Assembly (NCBI GenBank): GCA_964565945.1
Contig: CAZMGY010000009.1
Location: 1-23,803 of the forward strand
Direction of reading: 5' to 3'
DNA length: 23,803 bases
Source: an uncultured bacterium
Lineage (GTDB): Bacteria; GCA-001730085
Below the pieces are notes generated by a model, which ran no database searches, had not been told where the DNA came from, and saw nothing but the letters and a program-made list of their open reading frames with translations. Each line of letters starts with the position of its first letter. The first letter of the stretch is position 1. A program made the position numbers and the translations under genes. Below are positions 1 through 8,007 of the stretch, in pieces.

Positions 1-284
1 CCTTTTCTTATCAAAAAACAGATACTGTCTCTGTATTCGAGAGAAATAAAGAAGAACTCAAACTAAGTCTAAAACAGCCCTTGTGGACTTTTGGGAAATT
101 AACATCAGGCTTAAATAGCTCAAAAGCTGCTTTAGAAGCGACTCTCGGGAGCTTGGAAGAGGTTCGTCAAACCCTTACTTTGGAAATCATCACCCTCACT
201 GGAAATATTTATCGTAATGAAAAACTATTAAGCATCCACCAAGAGTATTTGAGTACTCATGATGTCCTTTTATGGGTCTCCTGA
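1..284 (+). pseudogene. TolC-family outer-membrane channel fragment, open from the window edge and apparently truncated at the C-terminus
   Basis: Frame 3 is open from nt 3 to the TGA at 282-284. The translation ...LKLSLKQPLWTFGKLTSGLNSSKAALEATLGSLEEVRQTLTLEIITLTGNIYRNEKLL... fits the TolC/OMF repeat pattern (Q-P-L-f-x-G-G..., a.a....a...l...r..l..ev). It stops about 65 aa after the QPLW motif, which is shorter than I expect for an intact OMF C-terminus. The same frame then continues into an ABC-transporter fragment. Confidence 0.45.
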
Positions 285-785
285 TTTCTTTTTATAGCAT
301 GCAAATCTATACATAGAGTTATTCCAAGCGGAGCTTTTCAAGCCTTACTGGTTCTAACATCGGGCGTTTTTATAGGTGTTATCTTTGAACTCATAACTAG
401 GTTAACAAGAAATTTGTTGTACGAAAAATTAATCCATGAAGTCGATAGTCAACTATCAAGAACAGTGTATCTAAGATTTCTTTCTATCCGTCTAGACCAA
501 CTACCTCAAGGCGTAGGAAGCCTTTCTAGTAAATTACGTAGTTATGAAGTTGTTCGTTCTTTCTTTGCTCAATTATTCACAAGTTTTTTAATAGACATTC
601 ATTTTTCTTTTATTTACTTTATAGTCATTCTACTAATCGGGGGTAAGTTAGCTCTCATTCCATTGCTTTTTTTAATTATTTCTATTTGCATTGGGTTGTG
701 GCACAAAGAGAACACTAAGAAACCTATAAAAACTAGAAATACAAATACACATAAAACAATGCTATTTATTATATACTATAATTAA
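285..785 (+). pseudogene. HlyB/LssB-type type I secretion ABC transporter, internal transmembrane-domain fragment only (no N-terminal region, no nucleotide-binding domain)
   Basis: The frame is open from 285, directly after the TGA of the TolC-like frame. The translation VIPSGAFQALLVLTSGVFIGVIFELITRLTRNLLYEKLIHEVDSQLSRTVYLRFLSIRLDQLPQGVGSLSSKLRSYEVVRSFFAQLFTSFLIDIHFSFIYFIVILLIGGKLALIPLLFLI is collinear by eye with the recalled E. coli HlyB segment (...[56 protein letters not shown]...). It then decays into a low-complexity tail (KENTKKPIKTRNTNTHK) and a stop. No Walker A/B or ABC signature follows. Confidence 0.65.
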
Positions 786-823
786 TTTATTTTTAACATA
801 AATACTCGTCTTAAATCCGCTAA

Positions 824-852
824 TTGACAAAAGACCCTATTTATACGACAAT
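824..852 (+). promoter_or_regulatory. Putative sigma70-like promoter for the cupin / small-ORF pair
   Basis: TTGACA at 824-829, a 17-nt spacer, then GACAAT at 847-852, about 40 nt upstream of the ATG at 895. Read by eye only. Confidence 0.3.
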
Positions 853-894
853 AAGAGAATGCTATAGGTGCTGACCAGGTGGATAGAGGTTCCC

Positions 895-1275
895 ATGTTA
901 ACAAAAGAATTAACACGTACGCTTTTATGCCAACGCCCTTGGGGCTTTTACGAAGTGCTTTTTCAAGACGATAGCACTGGCTATAAAATCAAACGGATTC
1001 GAATGAACCCATTTTCTCGTATCAGTCTACAAAAACACCACCACCGCACGGAAATTTGGACTATCATCAAAGGAACAGGCATCGTCACGATTAATGGCCA
1101 CAACATTCGTGTGTCCGAAGGAGACACGGTCACGGTTCCCGTGCAAAGCATGCATCGCATTGCCAACCCTATTGAAGCCCCCCTCCTTTTTGTCGAAGTG
1201 CAGGTCGGTTCTTATTTGGAAGAAGATGATATCGAACGTATCGAAGACGATTACGACAGAATTAGTCCCTTATGA
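895..1275 (+). CDS. Cupin-domain protein resembling the C-terminal cupin of type II phosphomannose isomerase (ManC C-terminal-like)
   Basis: RPWGFYEVL...YKIKRIRMNPFSRISLQKHHHRTEIWTIIKGTGIVTINGHNIRVSEGDTVTVPVQSMHRIANP...LLFVEVQVGSYLEEDDIERIEDDYDR matches the PMI type II cupin pattern (RPWG, QxHxHRxE, H near the C-terminus). I prefer the ATG at 895, which has GAGG about 7 nt upstream, over the tracked GTG at 868. Confidence 0.75.
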   Translation: MLTKELTRTLLCQRPWGFYEVLFQDDSTGYKIKRIRMNPFSRISLQKHHHRTEIWTIIKGTGIVTINGHNIRVSEGDTVTVPVQSMHRIANPIEAPLLFVEVQVGSYLEEDDIERIEDDYDRISPL

Positions 1276-1442
1276 ATTTTATAGCTACTCTCATTCTTTT
1301 CGCTCTCGTGTTAACTGGAATGGCCATCGGTCTTATTTTGGCTAAAAAGCCTTTGCAAAAAGGATGCAGTAGCTCTCCCGACGAAGAATGCCAGATTTGC
1401 AAACGCAAACCTGGTGACCCTTGTGCCGATACTCAAGACTAA
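1272..1442 (+). CDS. Small (56 aa) single-pass membrane protein with a Cys-rich tail, NqrM (DUF539)-like. The alternative is a FeoB-associated Cys-rich membrane peptide type.
   Basis: Not in the supplied track because it is under 60 aa. Its ATG at 1272-1274 overlaps the cupin TGA at 1273-1275 (ATGA coupling). Translation: MNFIATLILFALVLTGMAIGLILAKKPLQKGCSSSPDEECQICKRKPGDPCADTQD. The layout is an N-terminal TM helix, a basic stretch, then KGC...CxxC...PC, which resembles my recollection of NqrM (TM - K/R - GSCGG - CxC - PC). Confidence 0.5.
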   Translation: MNFIATLILFALVLTGMAIGLILAKKPLQKGCSSSPDEECQICKRKPGDPCADTQD

Positions 1443-1446
1443 TGTG

Positions 1447-1863
1447 TTAAAACTTAACAGCAGGCTTCATGATGATTTCAAAGGTGCGTGCTTGTCCATT
1501 GGCCGTGCTGGCAAAATAGTAGTAATAAGCATTGCCTGGAATAGTGGCCTCGGTATATTCAGTACGATCAATCACCTGACCTTGGGCATCTCTAAAAGAG
1601 GTTTGGATGTTCACAGGAATCGCCTGGCCCGATTTGTTTAAAATCTTTGCAGTCACATTGATCTGACCATCCTGACTCATTTGTGCTTTGCGATCCACAA
1701 TCATCAAAGACGACGAGATATTGACTTTAGGCGCCGATGTGATTCTCTTAGCCGAAGATTCTTGGGGCATCTTGTGTTTCGATCCAATTTTAAGAATATT
1801 CGAAAAACCACACCCTGTAACCGTAACCCCCATCAATAAAGTACAAACGATATTTTTGTTCAT
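1447..1863 (-). CDS. Lipoprotein, YcfL (DUF1425)-like
   Basis: The internal ATG at 1863 is preceded by AAGGAG with a 6-nt spacer. The N-terminus MNKNIVCTLLMGVTVTGC carries a lipobox (VTG-C). The C-terminal beta-rich part (QINVTAKILNKSGQAIPVNIQTSFRDAQGQVIDR...ARTFEIIM) resembles the YcfL pattern. The tracked start at 1941 has no such RBS. Confidence 0.55.
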   Translation of the reverse strand: MNKNIVCTLLMGVTVTGCGFSNILKIGSKHKMPQESSAKRITSAPKVNISSSLMIVDRKAQMSQDGQINVTAKILNKSGQAIPVNIQTSFRDAQGQVIDRTEYTEATIPGNAYYYYFASTANGQARTFEIIMKPAVKF

Positions 1864-1957
1864 GAAAAACTCCTTTCTTACACACAAAACCGTCACCAAA
1901 CAACCAACCCTATCATAAAGGATAATGCAACTTTTCTTCAATTTTTTTTACCCACCC

Positions 1958-3028
1958 CTATAAAGTGTAATTCAAACGGATAAGATCATAGGGATCTTTC
2001 ACCAGCGCCGTGGCCATTCCTATCAATATTGCTCCAGCTTTCTGAAGCTCATAGACCTGTTCTGGTGTTGAGACTCCGCCTGTAGCCATAATTGGCAGAT
2101 TCACGGCAGACACCAAACGAACCATTTCTAAGGTTCGAGGAAAAAGGGGCGCACCACTTAAGCCCCCTCCTCCAACAGAAATGGTATCAGCAGGTAAATT
2201 CATCGTTTCGCAATGACGATACTGGGTGTTTCCTAAATTCACGTAAGTTCGCTCAAACGACGCAATCACATGCGCATAATCAACCAAATCATCATTGCTT
2301 TGATCGGGTGACAGTTTAACCCCCACAACACGCTGAGTGTGTTGACGCGTGAAATCTAAAAGTTCCTTTAATAAATCTAACCTACGACACATATCCTGCC
2401 CTTCTTTGGTGTTTGGGCAGCTAATATTAAACTCAAAAAAGAACGACACATCGTCCCATCCATCACAGACTCGATTCATATAAACCAGGTTACGTTGATA
2501 CTCCTCCATGTCCCTACCACCAAGACTAATCCCTATCGGACGTCCAGAATACAACAGGGGAGGGTTAGTCTGCAATATTTTGGCAAAACCTTCGACACCA
2601 GGACCTGGCAAGCCCATAGCATTGATCAATGCATGCTTATCGGCCAAATCAACAATACGTGGTCGTGGATTGCCAAAATGAGCATGTTCTAGAAGGGTTT
2701 TGGTGATCACTCCCCCCATGCCCATCTTGAGCCATACATTCAAAATGACAGGATCATCCTTAAAAGACGATACCACCAAAGGCGAAGGAAAATAAAGGTC
2801 GTACACATAAACGCCAATATCTTCGGGCAAAGGAAATTCGTGCACCCAAGGGCCCAATGAACAATCCAGTCGGTGCAATACTTTATCACCAAACTGAATC
2901 ACATCTTCAAAATCAAAATTTTTCTTAGCCCAGCGGTTTTTCCACTCAAACCCAATGATAACAGCCTGACGACCACACCGGTAGCCCAAAGACATCAGCG
3001 GTATTAAAGCTAGTTTAAAATCAGACAT
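1958..3028 (-). CDS. pyrD: Dihydroorotate dehydrogenase family protein (PyrD-like)
   Basis: The motifs GGVITKTL...GNPRPRI, INAMGLPGPGVEGF, FEFNISCPNT, VGVKLSPD, GGGLSGAPLFP and PIMATGGVSTPEQVYELQKAGA are collinear with the DHODH fold. The start is uncertain because GAGGA sits immediately adjacent to the ATG at 3028. Confidence 0.75.
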   Translation of the reverse strand: MSDFKLALIPLMSLGYRCGRQAVIIGFEWKNRWAKKNFDFEDVIQFGDKVLHRLDCSLGPWVHEFPLPEDIGVYVYDLYFPSPLVVSSFKDDPVILNVWLKMGMGGVITKTLLEHAHFGNPRPRIVDLADKHALINAMGLPGPGVEGFAKILQTNPPLLYSGRPIGISLGGRDMEEYQRNLVYMNRVCDGWDDVSFFFEFNISCPNTKEGQDMCRRLDLLKELLDFTRQHTQRVVGVKLSPDQSNDDLVDYAHVIASFERTYVNLGNTQYRHCETMNLPADTISVGGGGLSGAPLFPRTLEMVRLVSAVNLPIMATGGVSTPEQVYELQKAGAILIGMATALVKDPYDLIRLNYTL

Positions 3029-3046
3029 TCCTCAAAAACTCTCTTG

Positions 3047-3076
3047 TTAACATCAATAAATTCCTAAAAATATGAT
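3047..3076 (+). promoter_or_regulatory. Putative sigma70-like promoter for cmoA-cmoB
   Basis: TTAACA at 3047-3052, an 18-nt spacer, then TATGAT at 3071-3076, in the divergent intergenic region between the pyrD-like gene and cmoA. Confidence 0.3.
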
Positions 3077-3141
3077 ACCATAAGGGTTCCTTCAATTTGG
3101 TCATTCATAGAAAATAAAATTTGAGTAAACGTCTGCTTATT

Positions 3142-3873
3142 ATGACAAAACGTGATAACATCTACAAAAAACAACATAACTCAGTAGCTTTCTTTGAATT
3201 TAATCAAGAAGTTGTCGAAGTATTCGATGATATGATCGAGCGATCGGTGCCTGGTTACCGATCCTTGCTCCATCAGATCGGCCTCTTAGCCAACCAATTC
3301 GCTCAACCCAACAACCATATATATGACTTAGGCTGTTCAACAGGCAATACTCTGGCCTATCTGCTACCAGCCCTTTCCGATATCCACAGTCACATCTTTG
3401 CCATCGATAGCTCAATCGATATGATTAACCAATGCAAGCAGAGGTTTGATCCCTCCAACAACGCGATAAACACTCTCAATTTTCTTCACCAAACCATCGA
3501 AGAAACGCCCATCGAGCAAGCCACGGTTGTTATCCTCAACTTCACTTTACAGTTTATTCCACCACCACAAAGAACCCACGTTCTCTCCCAAATTTATCAA
3601 GGACTGCAACCAGGAGGAATTTTGGTGGTATCCGAAAAAATTTGCTTCGATCATCCTCAAATTCAGGAGCATATGACCAAGCTCCATCATCGTTTCAAAA
3701 GCCAACAAGGCTACAGCAAACTTGAAATCAGTCAAAAACGTGCCGCTCTAGAAAATGTTCTAATTCCCGAAACCCAAGACCAATTGCAAAAAAGACTCTC
3801 CGAGGCAGGATTCACCAATATTGCCCAACACTTTCAACAGATCAATTTTGTCTCTTGGGTAGCCTTTAAATGA
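3142..3873 (+). CDS. cmoA: Carboxy-S-adenosyl-L-methionine synthase CmoA
   Basis: Strongly collinear with the recalled E. coli CmoA: F(D/N)xxVxEVFxDMIxRSVPGY, YDLGC(S)xG, VVLNFTLQF, YQGLxPGG, GYSxLEISQKRxxLENV. The start could be the ATG at 3142 or the TTG at 3121. Confidence 0.9.
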   Translation: MTKRDNIYKKQHNSVAFFEFNQEVVEVFDDMIERSVPGYRSLLHQIGLLANQFAQPNNHIYDLGCSTGNTLAYLLPALSDIHSHIFAIDSSIDMINQCKQRFDPSNNAINTLNFLHQTIEETPIEQATVVILNFTLQFIPPPQRTHVLSQIYQGLQPGGILVVSEKICFDHPQIQEHMTKLHHRFKSQQGYSKLEISQKRAALENVLIPETQDQLQKRLSEAGFTNIAQHFQQINFVSWVAFK

Positions 3874-4844
3874 ACCTACTTGACCCTTTTTTAAACCAAA
3901 TCTCACAAAATCCCTGCCTTGCCGAGATAAGCCAGACACTCCATCAGTTCAAAAACCATCTAATTTTCAACCAACCCCATGGCAACTGGGGCAAATGGAT
4001 CAATATCTTAGAAAAAATGCCCAAAATTACTCCTTCATCGATTAACTTAGATCGCGATGTGATCACCATTGGTGAGCCAAATAACATCTCTCCCGAAGAC
4101 TCTGCACAATTAAAACCATTGGTCGAAAGTATTTTTCCTTGGCGCAAAGGACCCTATCAATTGTTTGACATATACATTGATGCCGAATGGAGATCCGATC
4201 ATAAATGGTCAAGAATTCAAAATCACCTACCCAATCTAAAAAACAAAACCATTCTAGATATCGGTTGCGGAAACGGCTATCACTGTTGGCGCCTCGAGGG
4301 CAGTGGCGTCAAACACGTTCTAGGCATTGATCATACCATGGTTTATTTCTTTCAGTTTCTCATCTTTCAATCCTATATCCAAAGTTCCACGACAGCAATT
4401 TTTCCTTTTTCTCTTGAGGCACTCAAAGGGCTTACCGCATGGAATGATATCATTTTTTCCATGGGAGTCTTGTATCATCAAAAACAACCGATCAACCATT
4501 TGAAACAAATTTATCAGCTACTTAAACCCGAAGGGCATTTGGTACTGGAAACACTTTACATCGAGGATAAAGACGGAGACTTGCTCATTCCTCAAGACCG
4601 CTACGCGCGCATGCGCAACGTTCACAACCTTCCCTCTTGCCCAACCTTAGAACAATGGCTTAAACAAGCTCAATTCAGGAATATTCAACGCATCGACACC
4701 AATAAAACAGATAGCCAAGAACAAAGAAGCACATCCTGGATGACGGGACCCTCCATCAAAGACTTTCTCGACACTCACAACACCAACCTAACCATCGAAG
4801 GCTATCCAGCACCTCGCCGAGTAACCTATCTAGTCCAAAAATGA
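3870..4844 (+). CDS. cmoB: tRNA U34 carboxymethyltransferase CmoB
   Basis: PWRKGPYQLF..IDAEWRSDHKWSRI, ILDIGCGNGYHCWRL, FSMGVLYH, LVLETL, DRYARMRNV and EGYPAPRR are collinear with the recalled E. coli CmoB. There is an ATGA overlap with the cmoA stop. Confidence 0.9.
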   Translation: MNLLDPFLNQISQNPCLAEISQTLHQFKNHLIFNQPHGNWGKWINILEKMPKITPSSINLDRDVITIGEPNNISPEDSAQLKPLVESIFPWRKGPYQLFDIYIDAEWRSDHKWSRIQNHLPNLKNKTILDIGCGNGYHCWRLEGSGVKHVLGIDHTMVYFFQFLIFQSYIQSSTTAIFPFSLEALKGLTAWNDIIFSMGVLYHQKQPINHLKQIYQLLKPEGHLVLETLYIEDKDGDLLIPQDRYARMRNVHNLPSCPTLEQWLKQAQFRNIQRIDTNKTDSQEQRSTSWMTGPSIKDFLDTHNTNLTIEGYPAPRRVTYLVQK

Positions 4845-6956
4845 GGTCCTTCTCCACCAAGCTTGAATCAAACGCGGCAAAAGATATAAAGCCGCAAAAG
4901 AAGCCACACAGGTTCCTAACACAATCGTAATCCCAAAACGTTGTGTGGGAGGAAATGCCGAAAAAAGAAAGATGGCAAAACCTAACATCACCACCGTCAT
5001 CGCCGTAAAGACAGGCTTTTTTAATTCTAAACAAGCCCCCGATAAGGCCTCCGAAGGCCTTTCTTCTTTCAAGCGACGTCGGTAAGCTACGATCAAGTGA
5101 ATCATCACATCCACACCCATCGCCATAGCCACATTCGATGCTGGAGACGAAATAATATCCAGAGGAATCCGATACATGCCAATAAACCCTAAAATCGCTA
5201 TCGGAATCAAAAATAAACTCACCATCATCGCAACCGTAATCGGCAAAGAGCGCGATATCACAAGAGCAATCAAAAAGAAAAACATCAAAAGCTTGAGCAA
5301 ACCAAAAATAAGACTAGAAGCCACCATCTGCGACAACTGACCTTGCAAATAGTAAAGTCCACCTATTTCGTACAAGATAAACCCATGCGCCGAAATAATC
5401 TCTTTCAACCGCTCCACGACTTCCAAACGTTTATCAACCCGATTCATTTCATTCATACGCAACAAAAACAATCCGTGTCGATGATCTTGAGTGATAAAAC
5501 TTCGTGCAATACGCCCAAACTGTGGTTCTTCTAACTTTCTTAATAGCCACTGCCAAGCTAAAAAGAAGGTTAAAGGTTTTTTTGCTTCCGCCATCAGGAC
5601 AGGCAAAGACATCACTGAACCCACAGAAGGATGAAATTCAAGAGCCTTTTGCAAATTCCACAGTTTTTCATACGATTGTTTCGTCACCAACACATCTCCC
5701 GACTTGTCTCGCACCACTAACAAAAGGGGACTACTTCCACCATTGCGATCGATGTAGCGCAAACCTTTGTTGATTTCTTCGTTAGGAGAAAAAAAAGACA
5801 ATATGCTAGGATCGGTGTTAATGAAGCTTAAGCCAGGCAACATAACAAGAGTAAAGGTCACCAAAACACTCCCCACATAACACTCCTTGCGTTGAAAGAA
5901 CTTAAAAATGTGTTTTTCCAAGCCTTTGTCTTCCGACAAATTTTCACGCGGCTGCACAAACTTAAGAAAAAAAGGAAATATCACAAAGGCGGCTAAAAAG
6001 GCTGTCACAGTTCCAATCGCTCCTGCAATACCCAATTCTCTCAAAGGTTTCGCTGGAACAGACAGCAAACTTAAAAAACCCAAAAACGTGGTTAGCATGC
6101 TCCAAAATGCTGGCTTTAAGGTCATTTTAACACCCTCCCATACGTTGGAACTCCGCTGAGAGGCACGGTTCAAACTGCGCCAATTGGATGTCATAAAAAT
6201 AATATGGGATAAGGTAATCACAATAATAATCGTCACCAAATTAGCGGTTAATAGACCCATCGAAACCTTAAAAGCCGTAATCAATAAAAACGTCCACAAG
6301 AAAGCACATGTGCAAGCCACCCACGTCCCTAGCAAAATCCAAATAGAACGAAAGGAAACAAACATAACTAAACCAAAAATCAAGAAAGCTAACAAAGTGA
6401 AAAGCTTAAAATCACGCCCCAAATTGCGTCGAATCAGCTCCACCACATAAGGGATGCCTGACATGTGAAGCTCAAAACCCTTTTGCGCGTATTTATCAAT
6501 CACAGTTTCTATTTTCGAAATAAATTCCCCTGAACTATCGGCTTCAACAAACATAATGATATTGGTGGATAAAAAATCATTAGCAACCAACAAACGCTTC
6601 CATAAAGGACTTGTCACCGCATGACGAAAATCAAGTGGACCATGTGTAATACTTTTAAGACTAACAACCTCTGGCATCGCTTGCAAGGTATTGGACAAAT
6701 GAGCCATCCGTTGCAAGTACAATTTCGACTTAATTTTACCTTTAGCACTAATAATAAGCTGGGAATCTTTGCGCAAAAACAACTTCGAAATGTGTTGCTC
6801 CGATTGCATATTGGGATCAGTGCTTGAAAAAAATATATTCTTATCGACTTTCGGGGAAATATTGGCATAACTAATAAAACCCCAAATCGTTAACACAAAG
6901 ATCGCTAGTACAATTCCTATCCCTAAATGAGGCCTGTTTGGACGTTTTTGATTCAA
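4830..6956 (-). CDS. RND-superfamily / MMPL-type integral membrane exporter
   Basis: 708 aa with two repeated halves. Each half has a soluble loop followed by a cluster of about 5 hydrophobic helices, the architecture typical of MMPL/HpnN-like RND exporters. Only a TTG start is available upstream of the first TM helix, and no SD is visible. The substrate is unknown. Confidence 0.7.
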   Translation of the reverse strand: MNQKRPNRPHLGIGIVLAIFVLTIWGFISYANISPKVDKNIFFSSTDPNMQSEQHISKLFLRKDSQLIISAKGKIKSKLYLQRMAHLSNTLQAMPEVVSLKSITHGPLDFRHAVTSPLWKRLLVANDFLSTNIIMFVEADSSGEFISKIETVIDKYAQKGFELHMSGIPYVVELIRRNLGRDFKLFTLLAFLIFGLVMFVSFRSIWILLGTWVACTCAFLWTFLLITAFKVSMGLLTANLVTIIIVITLSHIIFMTSNWRSLNRASQRSSNVWEGVKMTLKPAFWSMLTTFLGFLSLLSVPAKPLRELGIAGAIGTVTAFLAAFVIFPFFLKFVQPRENLSEDKGLEKHIFKFFQRKECYVGSVLVTFTLVMLPGLSFINTDPSILSFFSPNEEINKGLRYIDRNGGSSPLLLVVRDKSGDVLVTKQSYEKLWNLQKALEFHPSVGSVMSLPVLMAEAKKPLTFFLAWQWLLRKLEEPQFGRIARSFITQDHRHGLFLLRMNEMNRVDKRLEVVERLKEIISAHGFILYEIGGLYYLQGQLSQMVASSLIFGLLKLLMFFFLIALVISRSLPITVAMMVSLFLIPIAILGFIGMYRIPLDIISSPASNVAMAMGVDVMIHLIVAYRRRLKEERPSEALSGACLELKKPVFTAMTVVMLGFAIFLFSAFPPTQRFGITIVLGTCVASFAALYLLPRLIQAWWRRTSFLD

Positions 6957-6988
6957 AAAACAGGGTAACTTGAGTGACTTAGACTTTA

Positions 6989-7027
6989 ATTTTTAGACAA
7001 GCTTATTTTTAGCAACTTTGATTTTAG
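6989..7027. repeat. Three phased copies of ATTTT(T)AG with a 16-nt period in the ribF / exporter intergenic region
   Basis: ATTTTTAG at 6989-6996 and 7005-7012, and ATTTTAG at 7021-7027, with similar flanks (ttaATTTTTAGaca / ttATTTTTAGcaa / tgATTTTAGgtt). On the minus strand they read CTAAAAAT, a -10-like TAAAAT, 33-70 nt upstream of the exporter start. Confidence 0.4.
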
Positions 7028-7065
7028 GTTCAAGAATGGTTTTCATTTTTGGCCGCTTTTGCAAT

Positions 7066-8007
7066 CTAAACATGACACTTTCCGTCTATAGACCCAATAA
7101 GCTCTCGAGCCAACTGGCAATCTTTTTCAATTTGGATCATCAAATCCTCTTGAGATGCAAATTTTTTCTCATCGCGAAGCTTACAAACAATATCAACATC
7201 AATTAGTTGATTATAAATCGGCTCATTAAAATCGAAAATATGCACCTCAAAAATATTGTGGCTATCTTCATCAAAAGTGGGCCTTCTCCCTATATTCATC
7301 ACTCCATTATAAATATTTTGCTTATAATGCACCTGCACCGAATAAACCCCCAAAGGAGGTAAAACTTCCTGGCTCACATCTAGATTGGCCGTAGGATACC
7401 CCATCCGCCGTCCTCGAGCTGATCCTTGAACCACAATGCCCGAAATATTCACAGGTCGTCCCAAATACTGCGCGGCTTGATCAATCCGGCCAGATTGGAT
7501 CACAGATCGAATATGACTACTGCTCACCACCTGACCATTTATTTCGAAGGCATCGATAACTATAACCTCTATGCCTTTCGCCATTAGCGCCTGAGTCAAA
7601 TACTTTGTTGTTCCTTGGCGCCTTTGCCCAAACTGAAAATTAAATCCCACCACAACAGCAGCCACCTTCGGCCCAGATAAGAGAACATTGTGCACAAATG
7701 CGTCATGACTAAGTTGAGAAAAAGTAGCATCAAAAGGAATCGCACACACATAAGGAAAGCCGAGCGACTCCAAAACAGCGACCTTTTGGTCAAAGCTTGT
7801 GATCAAAAAAGGTTCCTGCTCCGGTTTAAGAACTTGCCTAGGATGAGGCTTAAACGTTACACAAACGGCCGCCGATTGATGGTCTTGAGCCTTGCTCAAA
7901 ACAGTTTTTAACACAGATTGATGCCCCAAATGAAGGCCATCAAAATTGCCCAAACCAACAACAATAGAATGCGCATCGATTGCTTGCAAAGAAACTACTA
8001 TCTTCAT
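7066..8007 (-). CDS. ribF: Bifunctional riboflavin kinase / FAD synthetase
   Basis: N-terminal FMN adenylyltransferase motif (VVGLGNFDGLHLGHQSVL). The C-terminal riboflavin kinase part has G.GR..G.PTANL and the pattern FDFxxxxYxxxxxV. Confidence 0.9.
   Translation of the reverse strand: MKIVVSLQAIDAHSIVVGLGNFDGLHLGHQSVLKTVLSKAQDHQSAAVCVTFKPHPRQVLKPEQEPFLITSFDQKVAVLESLGFPYVCAIPFDATFSQLSHDAFVHNVLLSGPKVAAVVVGFNFQFGQRRQGTTKYLTQALMAKGIEVIVIDAFEINGQVVSSSHIRSVIQSGRIDQAAQYLGRPVNISGIVVQGSARGRRMGYPTANLDVSQEVLPPLGVYSVQVHYKQNIYNGVMNIGRRPTFDEDSHNIFEVHIFDFNEPIYNQLIDVDIVCKLRDEKKFASQEDLMIQIEKDCQLARELIGSIDGKCHV

Noticed and set aside
866-892. GGTGCTGACCAGGTGG, which superficially recalls the conserved ACCAGGU segment of SRP (4.5S) RNA
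   Set aside because: The flanking GGAAGCAGC-type conserved helix-8 sequence and a complementary closing stem are absent. The segment also contains the RBS and start region of the cupin gene.
1094-1345. An 83-aa plus-strand ORF overlapping the cupin gene and the small Cys-rich ORF
   Set aside because: It is out of frame within the well-supported cupin CDS, and its product has no recognisable features. The coupled 56-codon ORF explains the downstream coding potential better.
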